From NCBI GenBank assembly GCA_029256575.1, contig JAQSXR010000015.1, positions 19,614 to 83,613 on the forward strand: a stretch of DNA of 64,000 nucleotides, written 5' to 3'. Below are positions 30,991-41,413 of this stretch, in pieces; the first letter of the stretch is position 1; the number at the start of each line of letters is the position of its first letter. The notes below the pieces were generated by a model, which was not told where the DNA came from, did not search any database, and saw only the letters and a program-made list of their open reading frames with translations. Origin of the DNA: Clostridiales bacterium (GTDB lineage Bacteria; Bacillota; Clostridia; Lachnospirales; JAQSXR01). Position numbers and translations under genes: made by a program.

Positions 30991-31770
30991 ATGGGCTACT
31001 CTTTTTACGAATTGTTATGGTTTTTTGCAATTTATTCGTTTTGGGGTTGGTGTGGTGAAGTTATATACAAAGCCGCAAGCACTGGAAAGTTCGTTAATAG
31101 AGGATTCTTAAATGGTCCTATCTGTCCAATATATGGATTTGGTGTAGTGATTGTAGTTGTTTGCTTAACTCCTGTTAAAGATAATCTAATCATTCTATTC
31201 ACAACTTCAATAATACTCACCTCGACATTAGAATTCATTACGGGTTATGCGTTAGAGAAGGTATTTAATGAAAAGTGGTGGGACTATTTACAAGAGCCCT
31301 TTAACATTAAAGGATATGTATGTTTAAAAGCATCTTTGATATGGGGAGTTGGATGTGTTCTTGTTATGTATGTCCTACATCCTCTTGTTATGTATTTTAT
31401 TATTAAACTACCAGAGCATCTTGGTATCATTTCATTAATCATCTTTTTCGTATTACTAGCAATCGATCTTAACTTTACCGTTTCAACTTTATTGAAGTTC
31501 AAGCAGCGGATACATATATTATCAGAAATCGAAGTAAAGATAACACAGGTTTCGGAAACCATAGGAGAAAATTTATCCGATAAAGTACTCGCCACAATAA
31601 AGGCAAAAGAAAATCATATGCAAGAATTAGAAGAACTACGAGCGAAATACAAAAAACTCAAAAGAGAAACGCATTTTGTATACAACCGAATAACCCATGC
31701 CTTTCCTAAATTAAATTCTCTGAAAAGCAAGGAATTTCTTGAGAAAATAAAACACTTTCGAACGAAATAA
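30991..31770 (+). CDS. Putative ABC transporter permease (CmpB/DUF1113 family)
   Basis: YSFWGWCGE...NRGFLNGPICPIYGFG...WWDY...NIKGYVCL. Confidence 0.88.
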   Translation: MGYSFYELLWFFAIYSFWGWCGEVIYKAASTGKFVNRGFLNGPICPIYGFGVVIVVVCLTPVKDNLIILFTTSIILTSTLEFITGYALEKVFNEKWWDYLQEPFNIKGYVCLKASLIWGVGCVLVMYVLHPLVMYFIIKLPEHLGIISLIIFFVLLAIDLNFTVSTLLKFKQRIHILSEIEVKITQVSETIGENLSDKVLATIKAKENHMQELEELRAKYKKLKRETHFVYNRITHAFPKLNSLKSKEFLEKIKHFRTK

Positions 31771-31813
31771 CCTAATATAATATTTTTAATAAGATAAAAA
31801 TCGATTAAAAAAA

Positions 31814-31860
31814 GAGTGGCGTTATGAGAAATAACTTAAAGTATTCTCAGATAGCCACTC
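31814..31860. terminator. Hairpin between convergent genes
   Basis: gagtggc..tgagaa...ttctca..gccactc, preceded by an A-tract. Confidence 0.6.
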
Positions 31861-31868
31861 AATAATCA

Positions 31869-32996
31869 TCAGGGTTTTAAGATAACTTTTATACAATTGT
31901 CTTGCTTTTTATCAAAGATTTCATACGCATGCTCCCCTTTATCCAAAGTAAGCTTATGGGTAATAATATCTGTCGCATCAAATTTGCCTGTTTTAATTAA
32001 AGTCATTATTCTATTTACATAAGATTGTGCTGGACATTGTCCCATTTTTAGAGTGATGTTTCTTGCAAAGAAATCTCCTAATGGGAAGTTGTTATATCTA
32101 GCACCGTAAACACCTACCATTGAAACGGTTCCACCTTTTCTAACTGCTTGAGTTGCTATTTCTATAGCAGATTTGGAACCACCTTGAAGTTTTAATGCAG
32201 TTTCTACCATTTCAATTGCTGTCATCTTTCCATCCATTCCAACGCAATCAATTACTACATCGGCTCCACCATGAGTTATTTCTTTTATATATTCACCGGC
32301 ATTATCATGTTCTTCAAAATTGACCACTTCTACACCGTATTTCTTAGCATGTTCTAATCGATATCCAACATAATCGACTGCAATTATACGCTTTGCACCT
32401 TGAAATGCCGCCCATTTTATTGTTAATAGTCCTACCGGACCACAACCTAATACGACTACTGTATCCCCACTTTTTACTCCTCCATTCTCAACTCCCCAAT
32501 ATGAGGTTGGTAGAATATCAGTCAGAAAAAGCACTTGTTCATCCGCTAATTCTTCCGGGACTATTGTAGGACCTATATTTGCATAAGGAACTCTAAGGTA
32601 TTCTGCTTGTCCCCCATCATAACCGCCGTACGTGTTGCTATATCCAAATATTGCACCTACTTCTCCATTTTCATTTGAATTATCGCACTGACTCCACAAA
32701 TCATGTTGGCAAAACCAACAGTGTCCACAAGAAATCGGGAAAGGTACAATAACTCTGTCCCCTTTTTTCACTTTATGAACATCCTTTCCTATTTCTTCAA
32801 CAATACCCATGGTTTCATGACCCAATACAAAACCTTTTGGCATATTTGGAACCATTCCATGAATAAGATGCAAATCGGAACCGCAGATTGCTGTTGATGT
32901 TACCTTCACTATAATATCATCTGCTTTTTCTATGGATGGATCACTAACTTCTTTTACTTTTACATTTTTTATTCCCTCATATACAATCGCCTTCAT
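31869..32996 (-). CDS. Zinc-dependent alcohol dehydrogenase (glutathione-dependent formaldehyde dehydrogenase-like)
   Basis: ICGSDLH, GHE, CGHCWFC..C, GCGPVG, DCVG. Confidence 0.92.
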   Translation of the reverse strand: MKAIVYEGIKNVKVKEVSDPSIEKADDIIVKVTSTAICGSDLHLIHGMVPNMPKGFVLGHETMGIVEEIGKDVHKVKKGDRVIVPFPISCGHCWFCQHDLWSQCDNSNENGEVGAIFGYSNTYGGYDGGQAEYLRVPYANIGPTIVPEELADEQVLFLTDILPTSYWGVENGGVKSGDTVVVLGCGPVGLLTIKWAAFQGAKRIIAVDYVGYRLEHAKKYGVEVVNFEEHDNAGEYIKEITHGGADVVIDCVGMDGKMTAIEMVETALKLQGGSKSAIEIATQAVRKGGTVSMVGVYGARYNNFPLGDFFARNITLKMGQCPAQSYVNRIMTLIKTGKFDATDIITHKLTLDKGEHAYEIFDKKQDNCIKVILKP

Positions 32997-33020
32997 ATTA
33001 ACCTCCCGCAGTTTTACTCT

Positions 33021-33506
33021 CTATTTTTCTACCATCCTAAGCATATCTACTACATTTATTATTTTATTTTTATTGTTATTATTTTTCTTATTTTGGGTAA
33101 AGTCTTTACGAAGCATTTTTAATACTGTTCTTTCATTGTTTATTTCTTCGGCAGTCCGAACTCCCATCATTCTTATGAGCGGTAGTGGAGGACACCATCC
33201 TGTCAATGCATGTTGAAGTAGGAAAAATCCAACTGTCCCTGTTACGAAAAACCAACACTTACTAAATTTTAATCCTAAGATGGAACTAATAAAAATAATA
33301 GAAGCAGCATTTGTTTCAAGTACTCTTTCTGTATCCCATTCAAATTTTAACATACTAATTCGTTTGGATTTTTCCTCATCACTGCAATTTTTATAAATAT
33401 TTAAATTTAAAATAGTTTGATTTCGAATCTGTGCATTTACATTTGGGTTAGTTCGAATAACGACGCGATGTGTTGTCGATGGTAATTTATTAAATAAATT
33501 TATCAT
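33021..33506 (-). CDS. DUF2892/YgaP-like membrane protein
   Basis: EWDTERVLETNA...FLLQHALTGWCPP...GVRTAEEI. Confidence 0.75.
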   Translation of the reverse strand: MINLFNKLPSTTHRVVIRTNPNVNAQIRNQTILNLNIYKNCSDEEKSKRISMLKFEWDTERVLETNAASIIFISSILGLKFSKCWFFVTGTVGFFLLQHALTGWCPPLPLIRMMGVRTAEEINNERTVLKMLRKDFTQNKKNNNNKNKIINVVDMLRMVEK

Positions 33507-33579
33507 TTTTCTCACTCCTATAATATTTTTATTAGTATGCATTAAAATATATTTACTATGCGAATGAAGTTTTAAAATA

Positions 33580-33607
33580 AAAAAGAACGGCTTTCGCCGT
33601 TCTTTTA
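33580..33607. terminator. Terminator
   Basis: aaaaagaacggc-tttc-gccgttcttttt. Confidence 0.85.
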
Positions 33608-33617
33608 CATTAAGAAC

Positions 33618-35339
33618 TTAATTTTCTAGAATAATACGAATTATTTTTCCATCATCATAATAAATCAGTGCATCATTACATCCAGCATTACGAAGCATCT
33701 GTATTGTAATGTCTGAATAATTTTCGTCTTTACTAATACTAAATCCACAATATGCCATTAATTCAGTTTTTCCACTATATATGAATTTTTGTACTATCGT
33801 TTGAAGTTGCTCTTTTGTTTCCGCATATACTCCAGACATTCTATAATAATCGTATTTGGTACTATTACATTTTACATATTTTGATGTATCCCATGTATGA
33901 TCGATTGCCATTCTCTCATCTGTAATATTAAAATAGTTATATCTTACAAAATCTTTAGTATCTGGTACAGGGTCATTCCATGTTGCATCTACTTGGTAAT
34001 ATTCTCCGTCTATCTTCACAATATTCCAAACATGACCTTCCCCATTTGTAACCCCACTTATCATATGACACTCTATCCCCATAATATTCATAAACATATT
34101 AAACGCTTCTGCATATGCTTGACATACTCCAGTTTTATATTTCAGCAATCCCCATACGGTATAAGAATCCTCTGGAAGTGTTCCATTTAAATAGTTATCA
34201 TAATCATATTCGTAGGTTAAGACTATATAATCATGTATGGCTTTTTCTTTTTCATAATCGGTCATATCAACAGTGATGTTATCTACGATAATCTTACTCA
34301 CTATATCTATTAATTCTTTTGCTTTGTCTGAACTATTCATAGCGGCTGTCGCACTTTTGAAACTTTGTGTAACCATATGAGATATCGTATATTTATAATT
34401 AATTTCTGTATCTTCTTTATTTCCCTTAACTACATATCCCGTAAATATTGTTCCGTCTTCAAAGTATTTAAATACATCTTCATTGCTTACATTATTACTC
34501 GTGTACTCCACATGAATAATTGGTTGTATGTTATAAACCATTTTATCTAATACAGCATATAATTCTGCAACCGTTGCAACCTTTTCTTTCTTTGTTATCG
34601 GTTCCAATTTATTCTCTTGAAGAGTCGCTAGGATTGTCAAAGCTTTTGGCTGTAATTTCGCTGCCACGATAAGATCCTTATCCCCTGTTGCTTGAAGCTG
34701 TTCTTCTGTAAATACACCTTTTCTTAATAGATAAGCTATTAAGGTTTCATCTGTGTTTTTTAATTTCGCAAATAATGTTTTATAGCATATCTTTACTACG
34801 AGATCTCTGGTAAAAATTTTATTATTATTAATTTCATCCACATCTGCTTGTGTTAGAATTCCAAGTTCTAACATCTTGTCAAAAGGAGCTTTCCAGGAAA
34901 ATTCCCCAGCTACATCCGAATACCCTAAAGCACGAAGTATAAATGTTGCAAATTGCGTTGCGGGCATTTCTCCAACTCCAAAAGTTTTATCCGAACTACC
35001 AAATGCTAGTTTTTTTGTATATGCAAACGCAATATATGGGCTTGCCCAATTTGCTGATGTCGTAACATCTTTGAAATTGTGGCTATAGCCTGCTGTTTTT
35101 GCAACTGCTTCTTCTCCAATCAGTCTTAAAAACACTACTGTTCCATCTACTCGACTACAACTTTTATCTAATTCAAATCCTTTTGTTGTTCCGTAGAATA
35201 AATTAATTTGCTTTAAAACTTGTGCTTTGTTATAGTAATTTGCTGTAGTAGTGGCGGCCTCAACTGTATTTACATTGCCAATCACTGTTAAACATAGCAT
35301 CAAAAGTGCCAAAAATAAACTCAATACCCTCTTCTTCAT
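33618..35339 (-). CDS. Secreted protein with SLH-like N-terminal domain and transglutaminase-like domain
   Basis: Signal peptide; FKDV...WASPYIAFAY...LRALGY; AIHDYI, GVCQAYA, HVWN, VDATW catalytic triad. Confidence 0.85.
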   Translation of the reverse strand: MKKRVLSLFLALLMLCLTVIGNVNTVEAATTTANYYNKAQVLKQINLFYGTTKGFELDKSCSRVDGTVVFLRLIGEEAVAKTAGYSHNFKDVTTSANWASPYIAFAYTKKLAFGSSDKTFGVGEMPATQFATFILRALGYSDVAGEFSWKAPFDKMLELGILTQADVDEINNNKIFTRDLVVKICYKTLFAKLKNTDETLIAYLLRKGVFTEEQLQATGDKDLIVAAKLQPKALTILATLQENKLEPITKKEKVATVAELYAVLDKMVYNIQPIIHVEYTSNNVSNEDVFKYFEDGTIFTGYVVKGNKEDTEINYKYTISHMVTQSFKSATAAMNSSDKAKELIDIVSKIIVDNITVDMTDYEKEKAIHDYIVLTYEYDYDNYLNGTLPEDSYTVWGLLKYKTGVCQAYAEAFNMFMNIMGIECHMISGVTNGEGHVWNIVKIDGEYYQVDATWNDPVPDTKDFVRYNYFNITDERMAIDHTWDTSKYVKCNSTKYDYYRMSGVYAETKEQLQTIVQKFIYSGKTELMAYCGFSISKDENYSDITIQMLRNAGCNDALIYYDDGKIIRIILEN

Positions 35340-35369
35340 AATTCTCCCCCTTATATTACCTATAATTAT

Positions 35370-36353
35370 TTATTCTTTATCCGCTGGGAAAACAATCCCT
35401 ATTTGTTTTCTTGCCTCATCTAGGAGATTTATTTCCATGATTGAATACTGGTTATGGTCTTGTGCATGTTCTGAATTCTCAATTAATCGTACCATTTCTT
35501 CAACTTCATAATACATATTATTCTTATTCTTATTTTCCATACTTATTCTTTCTTCCTGTCCATCTCGGTAAAGAATAACTAATTCTTTTGGACTAACAAT
35601 CTCATCAATAAGCATGGTTGCCTTCTCTCCCTGGATCTCGCTTTGAATATATGACACTGCAATCTTTGAATATAAAAGTTCTGCCTGCATATATCCGTAA
35701 TCTGCAATTATCGTACCAGCTCCATCAATTCCATTCTCTAATAATATACCCATTGCATTTATTCCATTTGGTAAGCCAAATAGTTTAACTAATGAATGTA
35801 TGCAGTAAACTCCAATATCTGTTAGTGCCCCATTTGAATAAATTGGGTCAAAAGCATTCTCGATAATTCCTTTTTTAAAGTTATCATATCTACTCGAATA
35901 TTTACAATACTGAAATGTTGCTCTACGAATCGTTCCTAATTTATATAGATTATTGGCAATTTCTAAAAATCCAGGGTCAAAAACAGTTCTCATTGCCTCC
36001 AATAAAATCACATTGTTTTCTTCTGCGGTTTGTAACATGAGCGCTAATTCTCTACTGTTTGATGCAATTGGTTTTTCACATAACACATGCTTACCCTTTT
36101 GAAGCATTTGCATACTATGACTAAAATGAAAGCTGTTTGGACTCGCAATATATACCAAATCAACCTCCTCGGAATTCGCTAAATCTTCAAGCTTATCAAA
36201 TACTAAGCTTGCTCCATGCATATTTGCATATTCTTTTGCTCGATCCATGGTTCTAGAATATACCCCTACTAATTCAATATTATTAAGTTGTTTCACAACC
36301 TCTATAAATCTATCTGTAATAAAATTCGTACCGATCACTGCACACTTTATCAT
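35370..36353 (-). CDS. Gfo/Idh/MocA family oxidoreductase
   Basis: IGTNFI, YIASPNSFH, KHVLCEKP, GALTDIGVY. Confidence 0.92.
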   Translation of the reverse strand: MIKCAVIGTNFITDRFIEVVKQLNNIELVGVYSRTMDRAKEYANMHGASLVFDKLEDLANSEEVDLVYIASPNSFHFSHSMQMLQKGKHVLCEKPIASNSRELALMLQTAEENNVILLEAMRTVFDPGFLEIANNLYKLGTIRRATFQYCKYSSRYDNFKKGIIENAFDPIYSNGALTDIGVYCIHSLVKLFGLPNGINAMGILLENGIDGAGTIIADYGYMQAELLYSKIAVSYIQSEIQGEKATMLIDEIVSPKELVILYRDGQEERISMENKNKNNMYYEVEEMVRLIENSEHAQDHNQYSIMEINLLDEARKQIGIVFPADKE

Positions 36354-36580
36354 ATAAACCCTCATCCTATCTGTATTGTATTTTTTATATATTACCTTTT
36401 ATCTTTATTATCTTTTATCTATATTATTAACTAACAAAATGCTAATAAAGCGCAAATAAGTTAATTGCCAATACATAATATTATACCATACAAGTGTAAA
36501 TAATAACCTTATTTTTAGTACAAAAAAAGAACCTAATAGTCTGAAAGCCCTAAAGGTTCCTACTTTGAAAAGATTTCATT

Positions 36581-36901
36581 TTACTTTCTCTTTGTACCTA
36601 CATATGAGCCTACCCCACCTGCTACGTTTACCACGTTAAAGCCTTGCTTTACTAATAATCCACAGGCTCTTTTGCTTCTTGCTCCAGAGTGGCACACAAT
36701 GTAGTATTCTTTCTCTTTCTTTAAATACTTACTAGGTTCACTTAATAATTCACCCATTGGAATATTCTTAGCACTTCGAATACTTCCATCTTTATATTCA
36801 TATGGTTCTCTAATATCAATTAACTCAACTTTACCTATTAAATTATCAATATCATTTACATTAATAACCTTTATATTTTCTTTTCTAAATAAATCAAACA
36901 T
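36581..36901 (-). CDS. Rhodanese-like domain protein
   Basis: LIDIREPYEY..GSI..AKNIP, CHSGARS, NVAGG; RBS GGAGGAG before 36901. Confidence 0.9.
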   Translation of the reverse strand: MFDLFRKENIKVINVNDIDNLIGKVELIDIREPYEYKDGSIRSAKNIPMGELLSEPSKYLKKEKEYYIVCHSGARSKRACGLLVKQGFNVVNVAGGVGSYVGTKRK

Positions 36902-37019
36902 TTTATCTCCTCCTAGACATTTATAATATGATTTTATTATATTCAATATCTTACTTATTATCTGTGACCTTATCACAGAGTTGAGTATACATCAGAGGAT
37001 ATATTAGTTCCTTTTATTT

Positions 37020-38381
37020 CTATAATTTCAGAGGAATATTCACGATGAATTTGCTTCCCTTATTTCGTTCAGATTCAACCATAACGGAACCATTAATATG
37101 CTTTAGATTTTCTTTAACAACATATAACCCAATGCCTTCTCCTGATGAATTCACACCCTTATTCCCTTTATAGTAGGCATCAAATATCTTAAGTTGATCC
37201 TCTTTCGTAATACCCACTCCATCATCTTCTATTGTTATTGTTAATCCATCGGTATTAGCAAAATAATTAATACTAACTTTTCCATTTTCCTCGGTAAATT
37301 TATATGCATTCGTTAAAATATTGTAAATTGCTTGACTTAACTTATATTTATCTGTTCGTAATATAATTTTTTTGTGTTCCATGATTTTCAGATCGATATC
37401 TTTTTTCTCAAATTGAACTTTAAGTCCATTTACAATTTGCCTCATCAATTGACTTAATTCAAATTCTTCAATCTTTAATGTATCAATATCTTTCTCAGCA
37501 TCTATCATTCCGCTCATGTTTGAGATTATCGAAGTAATATTCTCTATTTGGTCTTCACAAATTCTTATTTCCTCTGGCGTCATATCAATTACACCATCCT
37601 CAATTCCTTCTAAATGTGTTTTTAGAATTGTAAGTGGAGTTCGAGTCTGATGAACGAGTTCGTCAGTTAGTGTTTTTCTACTTTTTTGCTTAAGCTTTAA
37701 ACTAGTTCTTAATGATTCAAGGCTTTGCTGTATTACTCTTATTTCTTTCACTTTTGATTGAAGTATTGTAGTTGTATTTCCCATATCTATATTCTGCGCC
37801 ATATCAGCAGTATTAATTAAGTCCTTGCTCATCTTCTTACTTACTAGTATTCCTATTATTATTGCAAAAATTAGTACAATTCCGATCGAATACATACTGT
37901 TTTTGATAAGTGAAGATTTAAACATCCATGTCGCTAGTGAATTTTCTGCAGAACTATATTTTACTATATTTATTTGTCCGATCACTTTATTTCCATCCAT
38001 TATCTTTGCATGATCGACTTCTTCAACCTGAGTATCTTGCATTCTTCGCATCATACCCTTATTCATCATTCCCATACCCATCGCATATCCAGCAGTTACA
38101 TCAACAATTAAAATACCATTTTCGTTATATACTTTTATTCGATTGATTGGATCAACTAGATGTGTCTCTAGCTCAATCGCCATTTGAGTTGCAGAAAATT
38201 CTTCCGTTGCCAATGCTTTGGTTGAATAGTCTACAATCTCTTTAAAATGCATCTCATAATTTTGCTTCACATAATCCGTAAAATATTTGTCCGTTAATGT
38301 ACTTAATACGAATGCATTGATACTTACAGAAAAGACAGCAATCAATATCAGTACAAGAAGCCATTGTTTTCTTATCGTCAT
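37020..38381 (-). CDS. Sensor histidine kinase with Met-rich extracellular segment
   Basis: LVHQTRTPL (H box), NILTNAYKF, DDGVGI, GEGIGL; two TM helices. Confidence 0.92.
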   Translation of the reverse strand: MTIRKQWLLVLILIAVFSVSINAFVLSTLTDKYFTDYVKQNYEMHFKEIVDYSTKALATEEFSATQMAIELETHLVDPINRIKVYNENGILIVDVTAGYAMGMGMMNKGMMRRMQDTQVEEVDHAKIMDGNKVIGQINIVKYSSAENSLATWMFKSSLIKNSMYSIGIVLIFAIIIGILVSKKMSKDLINTADMAQNIDMGNTTTILQSKVKEIRVIQQSLESLRTSLKLKQKSRKTLTDELVHQTRTPLTILKTHLEGIEDGVIDMTPEEIRICEDQIENITSIISNMSGMIDAEKDIDTLKIEEFELSQLMRQIVNGLKVQFEKKDIDLKIMEHKKIILRTDKYKLSQAIYNILTNAYKFTEENGKVSINYFANTDGLTITIEDDGVGITKEDQLKIFDAYYKGNKGVNSSGEGIGLYVVKENLKHINGSVMVESERNKGSKFIVNIPLKL

Positions 38382-39064
38382 AGCTCCTCACCTCCAAATA
38401 CATAACCTGCCCCATATTTCGTAATTAGAATCTCTGGACGTTTTGGGTTATCCTCGATTTTTTGCCTAATTCTCTTAATGTAACTATCAACATTTCTATC
38501 ATACCCTTCATAATCATCGCCATAGGCAAGGGTTATAAGTTGTTCTCTCGTTAAGACTTGTCCTTTATTCTTAAATAAAACAAATAAAAGCTTGTACTCC
38601 GCAGCAGTGATAGAAACTTCCTTATCACCCTTAATTAGCTTCATACTCTTAGTTTGTAAGCTCAAATCCTTAAAATTATATTTAATCTCATCCGTTTCAT
38701 GATAGATTCTTTTTAAAAATACATTAATACGTTTCATCAGTTCTCTTGGACTAAAGGGCTTAACAACATAATCATCTGCCCCTATATCAAACCCCTTTAT
38801 CCGATCAACCTCTTCTTGTTTCGCAGTCAACATAATAACTGGTACATCTGATATCTTACGAAGCTCCCTCAGAACTTCAAAGCCATTGATACCCGGCATC
38901 ATAACATCTAATAAAACGAGGTGAAACTCATGTTGATTAAAACATTCTAATGCTTCAAACCCATTATTAGCTATATATGCGCTGTACCCTTCTTTCACTA
39001 GATACTTCGAAACAATATCACTAATATCTTTTTGGTCTTCTACAACTAAAATATTATATCTCAT
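38378..39064 (-). CDS. OmpR family response regulator
   Basis: VVEDQ, LLDVMMP, GADDYVVKPFS, RNVDSYIKRIRQKIE. Confidence 0.95.
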   Translation of the reverse strand: MRYNILVVEDQKDISDIVSKYLVKEGYSAYIANNGFEALECFNQHEFHLVLLDVMMPGINGFEVLRELRKISDVPVIMLTAKQEEVDRIKGFDIGADDYVVKPFSPRELMKRINVFLKRIYHETDEIKYNFKDLSLQTKSMKLIKGDKEVSITAAEYKLLFVLFKNKGQVLTREQLITLAYGDDYEGYDRNVDSYIKRIRQKIEDNPKRPEILITKYGAGYVFGGEEL

Positions 39065-39129
39065 CAGCTCACCTCGTTCTTATTTATTATGCTTACTTAA
39101 CATAACAAATATTTACTTGATCAAAGTCT

Positions 39130-39417
39130 TTATCTTTTTCCTAATACTTCCTTACGTTTTAAATATTCTTCATCTGTAATTTCACCTTGTGCATATTTCA
39201 TCCTCAAAAGTTCAAGTGAAGATTGTTTTGATATTTTGCTATTCTTATGAACCAATAAATAAATAACAAAAGCTACAACAAGTAAAATTGTTAGTGCAAT
39301 AAATATGTTCCAGCCATTATTCATAAACCCATAACCGCCATTACCAAAACATCCATTTCTAAAATTGTCACCACCAAAATTACCACCGTTTCCATAGAAA
39401 CCTCTACCATACATCAT
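39130..39417 (-). CDS. SHOCT domain membrane protein
   Basis: Gly-rich N-terminus, one TM, LELLRMKYAQGEITDEEYLKRKEVL. Confidence 0.88.
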   Translation of the reverse strand: MMYGRGFYGNGGNFGGDNFRNGCFGNGGYGFMNNGWNIFIALTILLVVAFVIYLLVHKNSKISKQSSLELLRMKYAQGEITDEEYLKRKEVLGKR

Positions 39418-39462
39418 AATGTTTTCCTCCTTTTTTTTATGTTAACTTTATTATAGGAGGAG

Positions 39463-39482
39463 AATATGACTCAAATATGACT
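39463..39482. promoter_or_regulatory. Tandem direct repeat, candidate OmpR-family operator for the SHOCT-RR-HK operon
   Basis: AATATGACT twice with 11-bp period (39463, 39474), just upstream of a minus-strand TATAAT. Confidence 0.5.
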
Positions 39483-39560
39483 AAAGCTCATTCAGCTAAA
39501 TATTGTTTCTTATTATTTATTGCTTTATTATTTTTCTTGCTTATTATTTCTTCACTTTAT

Positions 39561-40544
39561 CTATATTTCAAATACTAATTTAATATCTGTTATGTTTTGC
39601 ATCATTTGAATCGCATTTTCTGCGATGCCCTTGATAAACTTTCTAAAGTTCTCTACATCGCCTTCTCTAAGATTTTCACCAGATCTTATGGAAACCGTTA
39701 CGTTCAAAATCCATCGAAGAGTAGCAAGTACTCTAAAGTATTCAAAATCCTGCATCGGACTATTCATTAATGCTAAATATTGGTTATAAACTTCTGCTGC
39801 AAATTGCTCAAATCCACTGCGTTCCATTAAAGTGACTGTCCAAGCTAGATCAAATCTATAATCGCCAATCCCCCATACCCAATCAATGACATATGGATTA
39901 CTTGTTTCATCTACCAATACATTCCAAGGATGATAATCTCTATGCATAATAGAAGGCTTTAAATCCGATAGGAATGTCTTTTTATCTTGAAGCCATTGAT
40001 AAATTTCTTCAAATTCAAATATCTTATATTGACGAATAATTTGTGAGATTTCATCAAGCTCACGATCAATTAAAGTGATAGGAGCTGTAACTTCGAAATC
40101 AGGTTGGATATGCTTCACATCAAGTGAATGTAGATCAAATAAAAGTTTAGTGAACTGCTGCATATGCTGACTTTGGTGTTCTTTATCTTGCATATAAACA
40201 TCCCATAAAAGTTTGCCTTCTATTCTTTCCATAATTAAAAATGGCTTATCAAACTCTATTAAGGAAATATCATATGAAAACAATTCTGGTACTGGGTATC
40301 CTACTTTTCTGAGACTAGCAAGTGCTTTACATTCTTTCTCAATACTAGAAACTCCATTTTGGGTACCCTCGTATATTTTTAATATTAATCTGTTTTGGAT
40401 CTTTTCATCTACTATTACATTAAATGAAAAAATATCCCCTGCCCAACCTGATTTTAATTGAGTAATGTCTTGGATTTTGAACTCTTTCGTTTTAAACTGA
40501 TTTCTTAAATGCAAACTTAGTAGATTATGAATATCCTGCATCAT
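39561..40544 (-). CDS. Aminoglycoside-phosphotransferase-like (APH) kinase family protein
   Basis: MHRDYHPWNVL, IDW...GDYRFDLAW. Confidence 0.85.
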   Translation of the reverse strand: MMQDIHNLLSLHLRNQFKTKEFKIQDITQLKSGWAGDIFSFNVIVDEKIQNRLILKIYEGTQNGVSSIEKECKALASLRKVGYPVPELFSYDISLIEFDKPFLIMERIEGKLLWDVYMQDKEHQSQHMQQFTKLLFDLHSLDVKHIQPDFEVTAPITLIDRELDEISQIIRQYKIFEFEEIYQWLQDKKTFLSDLKPSIMHRDYHPWNVLVDETSNPYVIDWVWGIGDYRFDLAWTVTLMERSGFEQFAAEVYNQYLALMNSPMQDFEYFRVLATLRWILNVTVSIRSGENLREGDVENFRKFIKGIAENAIQMMQNITDIKLVFEI

Positions 40545-40579
40545 CTTAACCCTTCTTTCCAAATAAGTATGGTTTACCA

Positions 40580-41224
40580 CTATATCTTCAATTTATCTAT
40601 TATCTTTCGAACTGGTTTTTTATACAAGTCTAGTAATGGCCCAAAAATTATCATACATATAAGAGTTCCTTCTCTAATAGCAATTTCCTCTTTGAATACA
40701 AATGACAAGAGTAAAACTACTGCAATAAAAACAATGTCTAATAGCTGTCTAAACCTACCCATTGTGATTTTTTGTAATCTTTCCGCAACTAGTAGGCAAA
40801 CTCCCTCTAGTGGATTTCTTATAAATTTCGATTCAAGTACTATGGTAACTCCGAAGGCACATACAGCAAATCCAACTACTCCCACCAACAGTCTTACTGC
40901 ATAATATGTAATTTCCCAATTATTAAATATATTATAAATAAACATATTAATGAAAGTCCCAATTAAAAATACATTTAAGAATTGAAATAATTCAATAGGC
41001 CGAAACTTCTTTTTCTCCATTAACATTTGTACAAAAATACAAGAACCGTTGAAAAAGATAGTTACTGTACCTATTTTGATTTTGATAATCTTTGATACTG
41101 TAACTCCCATTGCATCCCAAGCACTTAACCCGATTGCTGCTTTAATTGTAAGACTTGCTCCTAATGAAATTATTAGTACTCCTACAATGAGTGTAATTAT
41201 TTTCTTTGCATATTTTGCTATCAT
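40580..41224 (-). CDS. YczE/YyaS/YitT family membrane protein
   Basis: AAIGLSAWD, NPLEG, IREGTLI...FGP. Confidence 0.85.
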   Translation of the reverse strand: MIAKYAKKIITLIVGVLIISLGASLTIKAAIGLSAWDAMGVTVSKIIKIKIGTVTIFFNGSCIFVQMLMEKKKFRPIELFQFLNVFLIGTFINMFIYNIFNNWEITYYAVRLLVGVVGFAVCAFGVTIVLESKFIRNPLEGVCLLVAERLQKITMGRFRQLLDIVFIAVVLLLSFVFKEEIAIREGTLICMIIFGPLLDLYKKPVRKIIDKLKI

Positions 41225-41360
41225 CTCTTATTAAACCTTTCTGTTCCTAAAATATCGCCTTACAAATAATTTTATCATAATATTATATAAAATCATACAT
41301 TATTATTTATATAGAGGGTAAGCCGTGCAATGCTTGCAAATAAATCCTCCCAATTATAGC

Positions 41361-41394
41361 AACAGCCTACCACTAAGACGTGGCAGGCTGTTCT
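41361..41394. terminator. Terminator hairpin
   Basis: aacagcctaccac-taagac-gtggcaggctgtt. Confidence 0.65.
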
Positions 41395-41413
41395 CTTAAT
41401 TTTATAATAATCT

